Below are positions 37,098 to 50,811 of a stretch of 55,235 bases of DNA, piece by piece. Where the stretch lies: NCBI GenBank assembly GCA_032718475.1, contig JAUCBJ010006961.1, positions 1 through 55,235 on the forward strand, in the 5' to 3' direction. The stretch's first letter is position 1. Each line of letters opens with the position of its first letter. This stretch comes from Nemertoderma westbladi. Lineage: Eukaryota; Animalia; Xenacoelomorpha. A program made the translations under genes and the position numbers. The notes beneath the pieces are model-generated. The model was not told the origin of the DNA and ran no database searches. It worked only from the letters and a program-made list of their open reading frames with translations.

Positions 37098-40000
37098 TAA
37101 ATACCGCAGTGTATCGAGCACTTACGTATGAAAAAGACACCGACAGCGAGCTCACCCTAACTACTTCTGACAGACAACCATCTTGGAAAGCACCAACTTC
37201 CAATGTAGGAATCCGAGAATTTCCTGTAGTACAGTTAAGGGTCCACGGACCTACAAGGAGTTATATAGTGAACGCCCTCCTTGACTCCGGTAGTACAGGA
37301 ACATTCATCGACAAAGAACTAGCCGAAGACATATTTGCTGGACAACCCAAGTTCCAAACTAAGTTAAACATGTCAGGAATTATGCAGGTTTGGAAATCTA
37401 CAGTGATAGCTGATTATTATGTAGGTGCGTTGTCCACCCCCCAGGATGAACTAGGAGAACACAGCATAAGGTCAGTAAAAATGGTGGCGATAAAGAACTT
37501 CGCTACCAGCCAAGTGGAACCTTATAACTGGGATGAGGACGATTTCACCCAGCAGCTTGATATACCTAGATTCAACACCGATTACCCTGGAGTGCAAATA
37601 CTCATCGGTCAAAATGCGCATGAGGCGCTCGAGACATTGGAGAAACGGCCTGCTCAACCGCAACCACTACAAGCCTATGCGGGAAGAACTAGAGTGGGTT
37701 GGTACTTTACTGGCCCTTCCCGTAGAACTCTCATGGAAAGATTACCGAAAGATCAGGTATATCAAGTAAGAGAATGGGAAGTTGAGAGCAGTGAGTTAGA
37801 CGATCCAACTGAGGGAACTCCATACTCCTCAGATAACGACGATATCCACCAACTCTTCGACGAGGAGAATACAATTGATCTCCTTACGGAAAACGAGACT
37901 TGGCAAAACCAAGTAAACCTATGTCAGCTCATTCGTCCATCGGAACGAGACGACTATAACGACGAACTGAATGACGTCATTGAACGTTATAATGCCAAAA
38001 CTCGGGATGAACACGCCGTACGATTCTTTACTCAAGAGGCTGTAGAGCCCAATTCCTATGATAAGGCCCTATCGGTAGAAGAAGAAAGAGCCAAGCAGAT
38101 CCAAGAGACAACTACACGTTTTCTTAAAGATCAAGGTAGATATGAAATCGGTCTACCTTTCCGAAAGCGAGAACCAAAGTTCATCAACAATAGACCCTTG
38201 GCGGAGAAAAGAATTGCTCAACTACATCGACGCCTTACGGCAAATTCTTCAGCTAAAGAAATGTATCAAACGCAGTTGAAGAAATTTATTAGCAAGGAAT
38301 ATGCGGAGCGAGTACCGGAAGAAACACCTATAACTGAGAGAACGTATTATTTAACTCACCATTACGTTCCCAAACCCCGGTAAACCCCATGAGGTACGAG
38401 TAGTGTTTGACGGCTCCGCCCTCTACATGGGCCAATCCCTTAATTCCGAATAGTTACCCGGACCCAACTTACTCCAATCCTTGTTGGGAATACTCTTAAG
38501 ATTACGACAATTTTCAGTCGCTTTCGCCTCAGATATAGAAGGCATGTTCTTACAAGTCAAGGCACTGGATAGGGATCGAGATAGCCTACGATTTCTGTGG
38601 TGGCCTGAAGGAGACCTCAACCAGAAACCGGTGGAGTACTGGATGACCATCCAGGCTTTTGGGATAATCTCAAGCCCTTCAAACGCCTGTTCAGTGGTGC
38701 GCACCACTGCGGATAACAACCGGGAAGCCTTCTCTAAAGAGGTGATCGACAACATCAAACGTGATATATACATGGACGACAATCTAAAGTCCCTTCCATC
38801 AGTCGAAGAAGCCATTGATGTCGCTAAAGGAACGGTAGAGTGCTTAAAAAGAGGTGCATTTCGATTAACTAAATTCACCAGCAACTCCCGTGAGTTTCTG
38901 GAGTCGATCCCAGTAGAAGATCGAGGAGCGAAAGACCTAGATTTAATCAAGGATGATCTTCCAGAAACCAAGACACTTGGTTTGAAATGGGACACAGAGA
39001 GAGATATCCTGTTTTTCCAGCTAAAACAGCGAGATAATCCAGTGCGGACTAAACGGATTTGTTTAAGTATCCTGAGCACTTATTTCGATCCATTGGGATT
39101 TATTAGCCCAGTTATATTGATTGCTCGGAGTTTAGTACAACAAATGTGGCTTGAAAACCACTCATGGGACGATCCACTTAAGGGAGAATTATTAAAGAAG
39201 TGGATGAAATGGGAAGATTCTCTACCAGCCATCGAGAACTTTATAATTTCCCGTTCATATTTTGGTCATGTTCTCCCTACGTATTCCTATCAACTCCATG
39301 TGTTTGGAGACGCCAGCGATATGGGAATAGGTATAGTAGCCTACCTAAGAGTGGAAACTCCGGATGGAATCAAAGTCGCCTTGGTTACCTCTAAGGCATT
39401 GATAAACAACAAGTTGAAAGTTCCTCGAGCGGAGTTAAAGGCGGCTCTATACGCTACAGCCATCGGCCGGAATGTAACCGAACAGATCTTCGTTTCCAAC
39501 AGAGTAGCCATTATACTTAGTCGCACGAAGATGGATCAATGGAGACATTGCCCCGGAACGATTAACCCAGCAGACATCGCCTCCAGGGGAGCAACTCCAC
39601 AAGAACTGGTAGATACTCCAGACTGGTTAGGTGGACCCGACTTCCTCTACAAAGAAGAAGAAGAATGGCCTCCTCATCTTACTACGGCAGAGATTAGACA
39701 GGCCAAGGGAGCAGAGAAAGTCAAACCTAAAACTCGGGCGAGTAAATCGAAGTTATTTAAACCTATGGTAGATCTGTCTGTACTACATACTTCCGGAGAC
39801 GACGTTTTGGATCAGAAACCCACAGCCATAAATAAGTCTGTTGTGGAAATCCGTGAGAAGGATTGGAAATCTGGAATACCAGACGTCTCGCAAGGACTCT
39901 CACCTCTCCTGCAGAGAGCGATACATCACTACAGTTCCTGGAATCGGCTCTGTAAGGCCGTTACATATTTAAAACGATGTTTTCATCATCACTACTCCGG

Positions 40001-41567
40001 GACGAAGATCAATAGTGATACCGCTCCACTGACATCGGTGCAGGTCCATGTTGTTAAAGATCTTCCCAAATATAAGATATCCAACAGGTTTCTGAAGGAG
40101 AAGATCAGTTATCAGGAGCATGAAGAAACCAACAAGCAGATGCTGAGACTCCTGCAATGCTATGATGATTCCTATAAGTATTTCCTGTTTTTGAGAAATC
40201 CACAGAGGCGCTTAAGGGATCGTTTCTCTAGCACAATGATAGATGGGTTGATACGTGTTGGAGGAAGATTAACGAATGCTCCATTATCCTTTGACACTAA
40301 GTTTCCCATACTCATTAGAAATCTTGAAATACAAGTCAAGATGATTGTAGATGTTCACAGCAAACTTTATCATGCTGGTAGAGAACGAGTTCTTAGCGAA
40401 ATTCGAACTCGCTATTATTTTTATAAACCCCGTAGAGCTCTGAACCAAGTTCTTAGGAACTGCATACCCTGTAGGAAAGCATTCAGTAGGCCTTTAACAC
40501 AGCGAGAGGCAGAATTACCTAAGGAACGAGTAAGCTTCTATGAACCACCCTTTACTAATACCGGTGTAGATTTATTTGGTCCTATTGAAGTGTATCGTGC
40601 TAGGACTATAGTCAAGAGATGGTGTGTCATCTTTGTTTGTATGACTTGTAGAGCTATCCATCTCGATATGGTGAACGATTTGTCTACCAACATCTTCCTA
40701 TTAAGCTTACGACGACAGATCGCTCGCTTTGGAACTAGTAACACGATGAGATCTGATAAGGGAACGAACTTCATTGGTGCCAACAATGAAATCAAAGCTT
40801 ACGTCAAAGATTGGAACCAAGGACAGGTGGATGATCAGCTTAGGGTAACAGCGTCTAGCTGGACCTTCAACGCCGCCGACGCCCCTTGGTGGGGAGGAAG
40901 TTGGGAGAGATTGATTAGAAGCGTGAAGACCGCATTTCACTTTATAGTGCCGTGCCGCGCGTATCTCACCGACGAACTTTTGCGGAAGTTAATGGAGGAA
41001 ATCGCCGCCTATCTCAACGAGAGACTGCTTATGCCAGTCTCATCGAGTCCCGATTCCCTGGAAGCGCTAACACCCGCGCACTTCCTACTGAAGAAACCTG
41101 TAGCCATGCTCCCACAATCGGAAATCACAGACGGAGACGAATACTGCCGGCAAACTTGGCAACTTATGCAGTTGTTATCCCGTCGTTTCGCTGACCATTT
41201 CGAAAAACATTATCTGCCCACGCTACAACTTCGAACTAAGTGGTTTGCGCAGCAAGAAAACGTCAGCGCTGGAGACATGGTCCTTATTGTGGATTCAGAT
41301 CTTCCATGTAAGCGGTGGCAGACAGGTCGTATCATCGAGACTCACATCTCGGATGACGGTTTGGTGCGATCGGTAGAACTCGTCGTCATGCAACGTAACT
41401 TCAAGAAACCGGGAATTGTCTTTGAGACACAGCAGCTCAATCGCCCAGTTGGTCGTTTATGTTTACTGGAAAGAGACAGAGAACTCTCCGGAAACTATGG
41501 AAGACAAGATACTCTTCCCACGACCACCTCCCTAATCCAACAAACATCTAGGGACTCCCCAGCTTAG
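37094..41567 (+). pseudogene. Outer BEL pol: aspartic protease, RT, RNase H, integrase (disrupted)
   Basis: ALLDSGSTGTFI; YYLTHHYV..RVVFD; SDIEGMFLQV; YMDDNL; LHVFGDAS; PRAELKAA; HAG..CIPC; GVDLFGP; SDKGTNF; WWGGSWERLIRSVK. Frameshift near 38380, stop at 38451, and the WTDS part of RNase H appears deleted. Confidence 0.94.
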
Positions 41568-42117
41568 TAGCGTATGGAGTGGGTGTGTGACCATATTATT
41601 TTATATTCTTATCATTTTATATTTATGTATGTATTATTATGTAATTTTATTATAATCGTTTTCTTTAATTTTATTTAGTAGAATGTTATTTTAGCGATTA
41701 TTTAGTAGATTAGTGCAATATATATTCGCGTTTATTACTTAATTACTTATATATTATATATTTAGTGCGACGGCGAGAAATAATTCTTTTTCTCTTTCCT
41801 TACTGTCCGTATTACATTACAAATACGTAACTACAGTAAGAGGAAATATCCGTACTTATTAAAGTACAATAAAGCTCCTACTATATTCAAGTATTATTGG
41901 TAAAGTAGAGTATTAGGAATGCAAAATTCAGATCCTCGTGCCTCGGCTAAACCAAGCTCTGGGTAGACCTTGGAAACGACTTGCCTCTTCTCACTGACAT
42001 TGCTTCGTGCGATATTGCTCTCATACCGTATATTAAATAATACATATAGTAGCGTGATGTCCCTTTAACAGTAGCGTATAACGCAAAATAAATCTGTTAA
42101 ACCCTTTGACCATCTGT

Positions 42118-42382
42118 AATTCTAGTCGATTAAGATATCGCGGCACCCACCGATATACTTGAAAGACAAAATTCTAGAATCAGTGGTTAACGTCCCCAGA
42201 CATGTTCTGGAATAAACAGGTGCCCATCTTAAATATTAATTATTAATATTTATAAACTCTGTCAAATTTCAGATCCTTTAAAATTCTAGTCAATTAAGAT
42301 ATCGTAGCACTTACCGATACTCTTAAAAGGACAAATTTCCTAGAATCAAGGATCCCAGTCCCCAGACGTGCTCTGGAATAAA
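42118..42382. repeat. Diverged tandem duplication (period about 163 bp) in the BEL 3' region
   Basis: AATTCTAGTC(G/A)ATTAAGATATCG...GTCCCCAGAC...CTGGAATAAA occurs twice. Confidence 0.8.
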
Positions 42383-43201
42383 ATTGTCTCCATTTAATAT
42401 TAAATAATAAAATTTACGGGAATAAATTTAAATTCATATTTTAATGAATTTGATAAATTGTCATTTTTATACAATTTATAACATTCCCAAAATTCCATTA
42501 ATTAATAGATCATGGGAGCGGAGATTCACCCTATTAAGTAAATTAGTGTGCGAGAATCTCCAATATATAGTCAATAGCCGACAAAATTCATAAAATCATG
42601 TATAAAGAGGAATATTGACAATTAAAGAATTACTATTAAATAGCATCCCAGATCTGTATGCATGAGAATTACCCTAATTCTACCGCTAGCTTTCCATAAT
42701 GTCACCATGGCAACAACCACGCTAGAATTAGAAGTGAGTTAAAAGAACAATAAAGGCTTGCCCCATTGAACAACATAAGGAATAAATAGCATACTGCTAG
42801 TATCCCAGGATACCCAATAATAACGTGGCATTCTGGAAGGTACTGACTAACGGTCAAATGGCCCGAATGTGTGCGATTTGTGACAGTTGTGTGGAATTTG
42901 TGCGTTTATAGGTGAATGTTACTACTAAAGTGTGTTTACAGTAGCGAGTCGCAATTGTGAAAGTAGCCCTAACTCTCCAGTAAGAACCTGAAGTATATCT
43001 AAGTCTTTGGGACGGACGGTGGAGTGACTCGTGCTGGTTGTTGTGGTTGTTGTGCAGCTACGACGTTGGCGATAGGCACATCGGCGAAAGTACACCAGCG
43101 CTGAGGATCTTGCGCTGTCCGGGGGCCGAGAGGGGTAGGCAGCGACGCCCGCTAGCCTAAATATAAACTCATTATAATATTGATAAACTCATATAGCAGA
43201 T

Positions 43202-44563
43202 ATGACTGAGTTGATAGAAGATGATCTTGGTATCAGGGAGCGAAATACTCTACCTTTACAGGTGTTTGTTGATAGCTTGATACGCGGCGACGCTGGTCCA
43301 ACTACTACGGAGGATGATGGTCGTTATATCGAACCGCCAATGTCCCAGGAGCAACTTACGCGTGAATTGGACTATAGAAAATTCACCACTCGCTATACGC
43401 CTCATAATGGTACGTATATGGACTTCTTAACTACCGGCCATCCTATAGATTTACACGATACGGACGATGTCGACACCGAAAGGGAAATGGTACTATTTAA
43501 ATATCCTACCCAGCGGAGTCGGAACGATAAACTGAAAATCTAAAGCGAAAATTCTATTCGAAATCGACTCGAAAGAGAAGACGTTAAAGAACCGGATAAA
43601 TGCAGTAACTCCAACGTATATTTGGAATTCTTGAGAGAAACGTTGTAAAACCGAATAAATATCACCCGCGTTTCCCTTACAAGACGTGTGTCTTTGGTAT
43701 TATTGCAATGAATGCCCAAGACCCAACCAACAAACGGAAAGACTTAAACATCCGTGGAGACGTTGCTTTGAACACGGTTTTACTCGCTATATTTATGGGA
43801 GTTTCGAGCGAAACTTGTTCGATGTATCACCTACACTCGCTCGATTCAAACAATCCTTAAATAAACCTATGATCAGAGTTCCGGAATACTCGGTCAGACC
43901 TCCTCATTCCCTAGTTAGACCTCAGACTCTTGATCCTAATAGTATCACGGATCCTCCCGAACTGTCCTCACTGTTCAAAGATCTAGTGTTACCCGAACAG
44001 TTAGTCGGTGGCACTCCGGTTGTGGGCTCCCTATATATTCGCCCATCTTACCTAGTCGGATTGGGACGCGGACATCTAATATCGTCATTCAACCGTATCA
44101 TCGTCCCTGTTTAACCCGATACAACCTGTCACCGAGGCGGAGGAGAGAGTTGTACGAAACGCGTTGGACACTATTCGTCAAAAGAGCGGAAAATGAACCT
44201 ACAATTGTTTAGAGAAACGTAAATTGCAGCAGCAAGTCCAAGCGGTAAACGAATTAACTTTATCTCAGTTCGATCAGGAAATTCAGAATCTCTAAGAAGA
44301 TATCAAACTTGGACGACCCTATTCTCTGCAAGAGTTTTGGACGAACGCATCCAACGATAAGCGGAGGAAAATCAGCTCGAGGAGAAGCATATCAAAATGG
44401 ACGAGACATCGACCATAACCCTAAACCTTCAGATGCAATTGTATTGCACCCTTTACCCAAGGGTTATAGCCCTCCTAGTAAAGTGGCTCGCCCCAAAGAG
44501 AAAAGGACTCTTCTTGCTAGCCTCAAAAAACTGCGTAAACGCCGCCCGCGCAAGAAAAACTAA
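43202..44563 (+). pseudogene. Possible decayed accessory ORF between pol and the 3' LTR, function unknown
   Basis: Collinear ORFs 43202-43543, 43686-44114 and 44309-44563 with coding-like composition, ending in a basic KKLRKRRPRKKN. Confidence 0.5.
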
Positions 44564-44641
44564 CTGTTTAGAGTATTTTTATATTTTAGAAACTGTGATT
44601 TTTTATATTTTATAGAATTAAATCCCATTTTCTGGGAGCGG

Positions 44642-45835
44642 TGTAAAACTTTTGCGGAATTAGCTGGTTATTTTTCCCGCAAAGTACTCTGTAGTTGGTT
44701 TAACGGACATAAAAAGCCGTTTCCTTACTGTACTGGTGTTTTAGTGGACATAAAAAGCCATTTCTTCTGTATGTGTACTTTAGCGGACATAACTAGCAAT
44801 TCTATGTCGCAATACGCTAAATCCTCTTGAAACAGTGTAGTTACTATGACGACAGCTAACAGCTGATCTGTATACGTGGAGCTTTTCCTTTGTTCTCTGT
44901 TCTTTCTTTGTTCGGTCGACCAATCAGAACGTTTTTTGACTCTGTGTTGGAGATTGTATACAGAAACTCGTGCAGTTGAGTCAGTATGTGTATTTTGTCC
45001 ACAGCCAGAAGACCGGCTTTGGAATCTCTGTGTTTTCAGGCTTTAGCCCAACATTAGTAGACTTAATCACAGAAACGTATATCTGTTATCATAACAATTC
45101 ATACCTTAACAAATCAATCATAACATAACTCACCTAATCATATTGTCAACTACAAACACCGCATTTTTACTGCTATTTACTGTCGGTCATTAATTATATC
45201 GGTTGATGGAATATTATTATATTTGGATAATATCGATCAATAATCAGAAACCCCAATCTTCTTGATATACTGAAGGTTAGAGAGACCGGTTACATATAAC
45301 AATTGCGACTTACATTAAAGTGGTTTTGGAGTGAATCTAATGCTATTTCATAGGCACTACATGAGTCGGTTGTTGTGCTCTTTATATGTGACTAAAATTA
45401 GTGAAGGTCGGCAGATCGGTGTGCAGCATTGTGCAGTAGTTGTATGATTGTGACTGATAACAAAGCATCTCCTAAAGAATGCGCTATATACATGAATCCA
45501 TAGCCATCCCGTTGTGTCTAGTTTAAGTCATAACTCTGTTTACATATTTAGAGCACCACGTCCTAAAGGAACTGTTAATATTTCCCGAAAGTGAATAATA
45601 TTTGTCAGAGATTATATATTACGATCAGTCGAATAATACAGTAGGCCTACACCGCAATCAGGTTAGGCTTCCGAATCCAGTCTCCCGGGTATATCCAGCG
45701 GGTGAATGGTCGCGCATAGACTGGCTTCGGCTAATGTAGTGTATCAAATACTCGTCATAGGCTAAAGTCGATTTACAATCTAGAAGACATCCAAATTTGG
45801 CAGGTTAAACTGCTAAAGGTCTGAAAGCGCGAACA
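44642..45835 (+). repeat. 3' LTR of outer BEL element (1194 bp)
   Basis: Direct repeat of 23053-24248, followed by the TSD CGAAG. Confidence 0.96.
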
Positions 45836-46974
45836 CGAAGTATTTTTTTATTTCAGCAGTTGCCTAGGTTTTGCGGTGAAAACCACTGTATAATCCCTGA
45901 AATACACAGTAGGCCTATTCAATACAGTAGGTTCAACACACTGTTATAGCAACACTTTGGCAATGGTAATTTCGATAACACCACGGTACACCTTGTTTAG
46001 AAGGCTGTAGTTAGTTTACTGTCTGCGAGTAGGCCTAGTGTGTGAGGGTGAGCAATGTAGTACTTAAGGGGGGGGGGGGGGGGGGGGGGGGGGGTATTTT
46101 TCGATACCACATTTTTTGAAACCAGCATGTTCATTTTCGGCCACTTTTTGTGTTTTTATTTTCGATTTCTGATCATTGGCAATATTGGAAATATTATGTA
46201 ATAAAGAAAACTAGCCGGAATTTATTTAAACTTATGAAATTACCATATAAATATTCATATAAATAAAAAATTACAAAAAACGGTAGTATTTTTCGTGTGA
46301 AAATATGTCATTCAGAGATAAATACTTTCAAGTTCAAACCTTCCCGACCAAAATTGCCAGTGGGGTCTGGTTGGTTAATAGTAAATGGGATAGTTGGAAG
46401 GAGGCATACCACGACCACTGAGCTAAAATAATATTTACGGGGGTTTTCGGGGTCGCTGATATGATTTCAGATGTCAGTTTTAATATTTGGTGGAATCTAG
46501 TCTGCCCGTCGGTCGGTTGTCTGTCTTACATTTTGACAGACAGATTGCGAGACAGATATTCCACGATAACTCAAAAACTAATTAGTTATTTAGTTAGTAC
46601 CAACCTCCTATCGAAAACAATCTTATCCCAAACAACGCCCAAGCTCATAACCCAAACTACCCCCAACCTCCTAACCCAAACAACGCCCTTCCACCTAAAC
46701 CGAAACAACTAGTAAATATTGTATTTGTTGTGATAAATGGCACAATGTGCATGACTTGAGTATATAATACTACAGACTCAGTCAGTCAGTATCAGTACAC
46801 TCGTCATTAATATATAATTCAAAATGTGTAATTATACATTTAATAATAATTCGTTTTTTAAAAATGACGGAACGGTTTTACAATTATTTACAATTATTGT
46901 TGACCCTGACCCACCCCAAATATTGACAATACGCAATAGGCTTCGCCTACTACACGTGGCTATCCCCACGATTG

Positions 46975-47170
46975 AAACTTTGAAACTAAGTTCGTACCCA
47001 TTGGAACTATATTCGCTTCCATTGGAACTAAATTCGCTTCCATTGGAACTATATTCGCATGTCGCCTCGATTGGAACTAAGTTCGCTTTGTAAAATTTAT
47101 TTTGGAACTAAATTCGTTTCAATTGGAACTAAGTTCGCCTTTGAAAATGTGCGATTGGAACTAAGTTTGT
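46975..47170. repeat. Short degenerate tandem repeats (ATTGGAACTAAnTTCGC), probably subterminal repeats of a DNA element
   Basis: About 8 copies visible. Confidence 0.7.
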
Positions 47171-47911
47171 GCTACCGGGACCTCGCAACACCCACCCCAC
47201 ACCCCCCCCCCCCCCTCCCATAAATATGGCCCTGTCTATAATTACAGAGGTTTCCTCTGGCCCCTTTGCCCGGTATACCCACCCCACACCCGGATGTATT
47301 GCGAATAATTGTGTTGACGATGTAATAGAGAATTAAACATTAGTAAAACATTAGTAAAACATTAAAGTTAAAGATTAGAAACATTAGCGAAATATTCGCG
47401 ACATTAAATTAAATTTATAAAATTGGTTGGTTATATTATATGGTTATATTTTAATGTAAAATAACGTTAATTTTAATAATTTAGCATATAATTTTTTTAT
47501 TCTGAAATTTAAAAATAAATTGAGTCACTGAGTCTGCAACTTAATTCTCACTATCTACTGGAGTTAATTACACACAAACAAATCAAGTTTAGGGAATGTT
47601 ATAACAGCAGGAGACCATCAAACCCGTAGGCAGAGTATAACACGTTCGTGGGGCCTTCGCGCAGCACGAGGCCCAGTTATGAGATACAAATTAAAATTGT
47701 GCGACTGTATCACAAAATCAGGTTATGAGAGATTAACCCACACCGCCAATTAATCAAAGAAAGGGGGACAGCACGTGTTCACCCCCTTTAATCTGCACCC
47801 CCCCCCCCCCCCTCCCCCACCCACCAATACATAACCGCGACATCTACCACCCACGGAAGGGTAGCCCGAACTTATTTCCAAACGCACGTTCAATATGCAA
47901 AGCCAGGTGGT

Positions 47912-48325
47912 TTATAGGAATATAATCAATGCAGTACTCGTCTTCATTATAAGCCTTTTTGCGTTCGACCTGTTTTGTATTAAAATATATTTATTAAACG
48001 CAGGCTGACGCTCTTTATAATAATAATACCTAGGGATGCCAGCTTCCAGACTTTCAATCTTTACTGCCGCGCAAACCCCGCAGAGGAAGTTTTGGTTTGA
48101 GAGATCAAGCCCATCGGCAATTGGTGTTTCAATTTCGGTCCAGGAACTCTGACAATGGGAGCATTCAATCTTAGCTGTGGTCCATTCCCGTGGTTTTGGC
48201 TTACTTTTCTTCGTCCCAATGACAGATTCTTCTGAAGACGTTCGATTCGCTTTCAGTTTATTGTTGGCGTTTGTGTTTTGAAGTTGTATTCGAGTGGACA
48301 GTCGCGCCGGTTTCGAGGTAACCAT
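47912..48325 (-). pseudogene. Probable LINE ORF1 5' fragment with a degenerate PHD-like finger
   Basis: IECSHCQSSW...FLCGVC followed by a short coiled-coil-like stretch, as in ORF1 of CR1/L2-group LINEs. Confidence 0.5.
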
Positions 48326-49103
48326 ACCGACCTGTGATAAGCGTTGGTTATGTTGAGTGCCGGTATTCTTCTTCTCTCACCTCTTCAATGTCAGATGTTG
48401 CAAATACTGATAACACGAATAACGGTATATATTTCAATACTTGTCAATAGTAATATATATAATTTAGATAACTATTTTATATCTGTACTGTTGAGCAAAC
48501 TCTACATAAATTTCAACCTGTGTATCGCCGGTAGTGCTGTTGCTGTGCAAGTGCTGAAGTGCTAGTTGCCACCGGTCACGCGGTCAGCCGGTAGTAGGGT
48601 GGTACCATGGCCTACTACACACAGGCCATGACAAGGACTTTGCTGTGAAATTAGCGTAGGCTGACTGATGAATTATCAAATATTATATTTTCCATGAATG
48701 CAGGGTCCATATTTAAAAGAAGATGACTAGATTTTCGTAAATAATTTAATTGAAACAGTATTTAATAATTAATAAATTAATTATCGCTCGAGTTTCTGCA
48801 GCTTTTATTCGTTTGTGGCTGCCTCTGGCTATGTTTGTGGCAGGAATGTTTGAACGCTAATAAGTCGGTCAATCATGGATGAAATGGAACCAAACTTGGT
48901 ACACATGTAGTCTATAAAAAATTTAGAAATTCTACACACAGACAGACTTCTACAGTTCCCCGGTCTGCTGCTAGGGGGCGAATTAACAGAAACGTAAAAA
49001 TAGCTGTAATTATAGAACCAACGATCAGATTCATCTGAAATTTAGTAGTAGTTACCTAAGAGCATTGCTTAATTAGAAATTCTACAGAGACTTTTACAGT
49101 TCC

Positions 49104-50402
49104 ACTGCGATAAAGCTCCTTAATGAGCAAATATTAAACATTGAAAATATATTAGGATCACTATGCATGCAAATAAACACTAACAAAACAGAACTTATGC
49201 TCTTATCACCTACAAAAAGAACCTCAGAAACAAACAATTATAGTCTCACACTACATAATAAGATTATTGCGCAATCGTCGGAAATTACATACTTAGGAAT
49301 TATAATCAACAATAATCTAACATGGGAAAACCAAATCGATGCCACATCACACAAAATGTCAGCAGCAACATCCGGGTTACGCCAAATTAAGGGTCAGCTT
49401 CCCACATCAACAAAATTAATGCTCTACAAGACATTGGTCATGCCTTACCACAATTACTGCAGTGCACTATTTACACCCTTTCATGACAAACACGGATACA
49501 AAGGAAAATTATATAAAATGGACAAAATACAGAACTATGCCCTGCGATTAGTTTATAACAAAAAGATACGAGACATGACAGGTACTCAACTTAGAAAATT
49601 AGCCAAATTGCCACACTTGAATGCACTACGGGAATACCACGCACTCAAATACCTCTACAAATATGTTACAAATCAAATCGCGCCATTCCAAAACCTAAAA
49701 CTACCATTCCTTTCACAATTACTAAATAATAATAAATTACTAAATGTACGCACAAACACAATCAAGATACCAAAGACAAATAACAAGTATGGTACATACT
49801 CATTCTTTGTCGCCTGCAGTCGCACATGGAATAGATTAAGAAAAGTCGTACGTGATAAAATTCGCAATAACAACTTCATCCCACAATTCAAAAAACATTT
49901 CATGGAACAATACGACAGGTCAGCCATCACCTAGCAACAAAAAAATAACTCAAATATATTATAAAATCACACATTACACATTATTATATTGCGCTCTCCC
50001 TCGTCAGATACGCCTACCATTGTGCTAGTACTTAGCTTTGTCTGTGTTTGTATGGTCTATGTTTGTATGTAGTGTGTACTGTATGTATGAATGGAAATCT
50101 TACCGTAGGCAGGCACATCTGTGTGATGAACACTTACCCTCTCCTGTATGTATTATATCTGTATGTATGTCTAGGCCTGGTTTTAACCATTAACTTTAGT
50201 GTATATATTAAACTTATACTGTATAAATAGCATATTAGTCACATTACATTATACATTTGTTCTAAACATTTGAGCCCGTCGACTTTGGCCTTTTTAATTA
50301 TCAGTTACGGTGTATTTAGTATACTAATAACTGCCTTCAGTCAGCTTGCTGACTGAAGTTTTAAGGCTAATAAAATTGAATTGATTGAAAATTGATTGAA
50401 TT
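49104..50402 (+). mobile_element. 5'-truncated CR1/L2-group (L2/Crack/Daphne-like) LINE
   Basis: ORF 49167-49934 is an RT C-terminus (INTNKTELM, TYLGIIINNNLTW, LYKTLVMPYHNYCS, KIQNYALRLV, TWNRL). The 3' end has hairpin CTTCAGTCAGC-TT-GCTGACTGAAG, AATAAA and an (ATTGA)n tail; possible GTTCC TSD. Confidence 0.88.
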
Positions 50403-50544
50403 GGTTCCTGTCTGCCGCTAGTGGGGAATTGTTAGAGCTCCAGTTCAATGTGCTTAGCACGGTTTAATAAACAATCAATTAATTATTTTATTCAATACAG
50501 TAATTATAACAGTAAAATGCAATGTATTCTATTTTTTAGTGAAC

Positions 50545-50811
50545 TCAAGAGATAGGAGGGGGTGGGACTGGACGCAAATCCCATCTTGGCGAATTAATAT
50601 CCCGCCTCAATATTAATTTCTCAATTTTGGGAAAGGAGCAGGTTACAGTGGCTCGTTATTTTAACCAAAACAATAAAGTAAACACAATAGAACAGGTTAC
50701 AGTTTTATTTTTGAGAGAAATCAGCTGTTGTTATTTGCGTCCAATTTCCCCTGGAGAGGGATGAATTTTTATTGCGTCCAGCCCCCCCCCCCCCCCCCCC
50801 CCCTATCTTGA
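50545..50811. mobile_element. Small MITE-like element
   Basis: Imperfect TIRs TCAAGAGATAGG-(G-rich)-CTGGACGCAA and TTGCGTCCAG-(C)n-CCTATCTTGA. Confidence 0.6.

Larger units (their letters stand above)
23053..45835 (+). mobile_element. BEL/Pao LTR retrotransposon (about 15.7 kb without the nested insert)
   Basis: TG...CA LTRs, 5-bp TSD CGAAG (23048-23052 and 45836-45840), gag-PR-RT-RH-IN order with BEL-type motifs, and PPT-like GGGAGCGG at 44634-44641. Confidence 0.95.

Noticed and set aside
46067-46094. Long G/C homopolymers here and at about 12361, 47797, 50782 and 55078 as G-quadruplex elements
   Set aside because: Several lie within MITE-like sequence and their lengths are unreliable in assemblies; there is no further support.
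50335-50358. Hairpin as a terminator or ribozyme
   Set aside because: Its position before AATAAA and the ATTGA tail fits the ordinary 3' recognition stem-loop of CR1/L2-group LINEs; no hammerhead core was seen.
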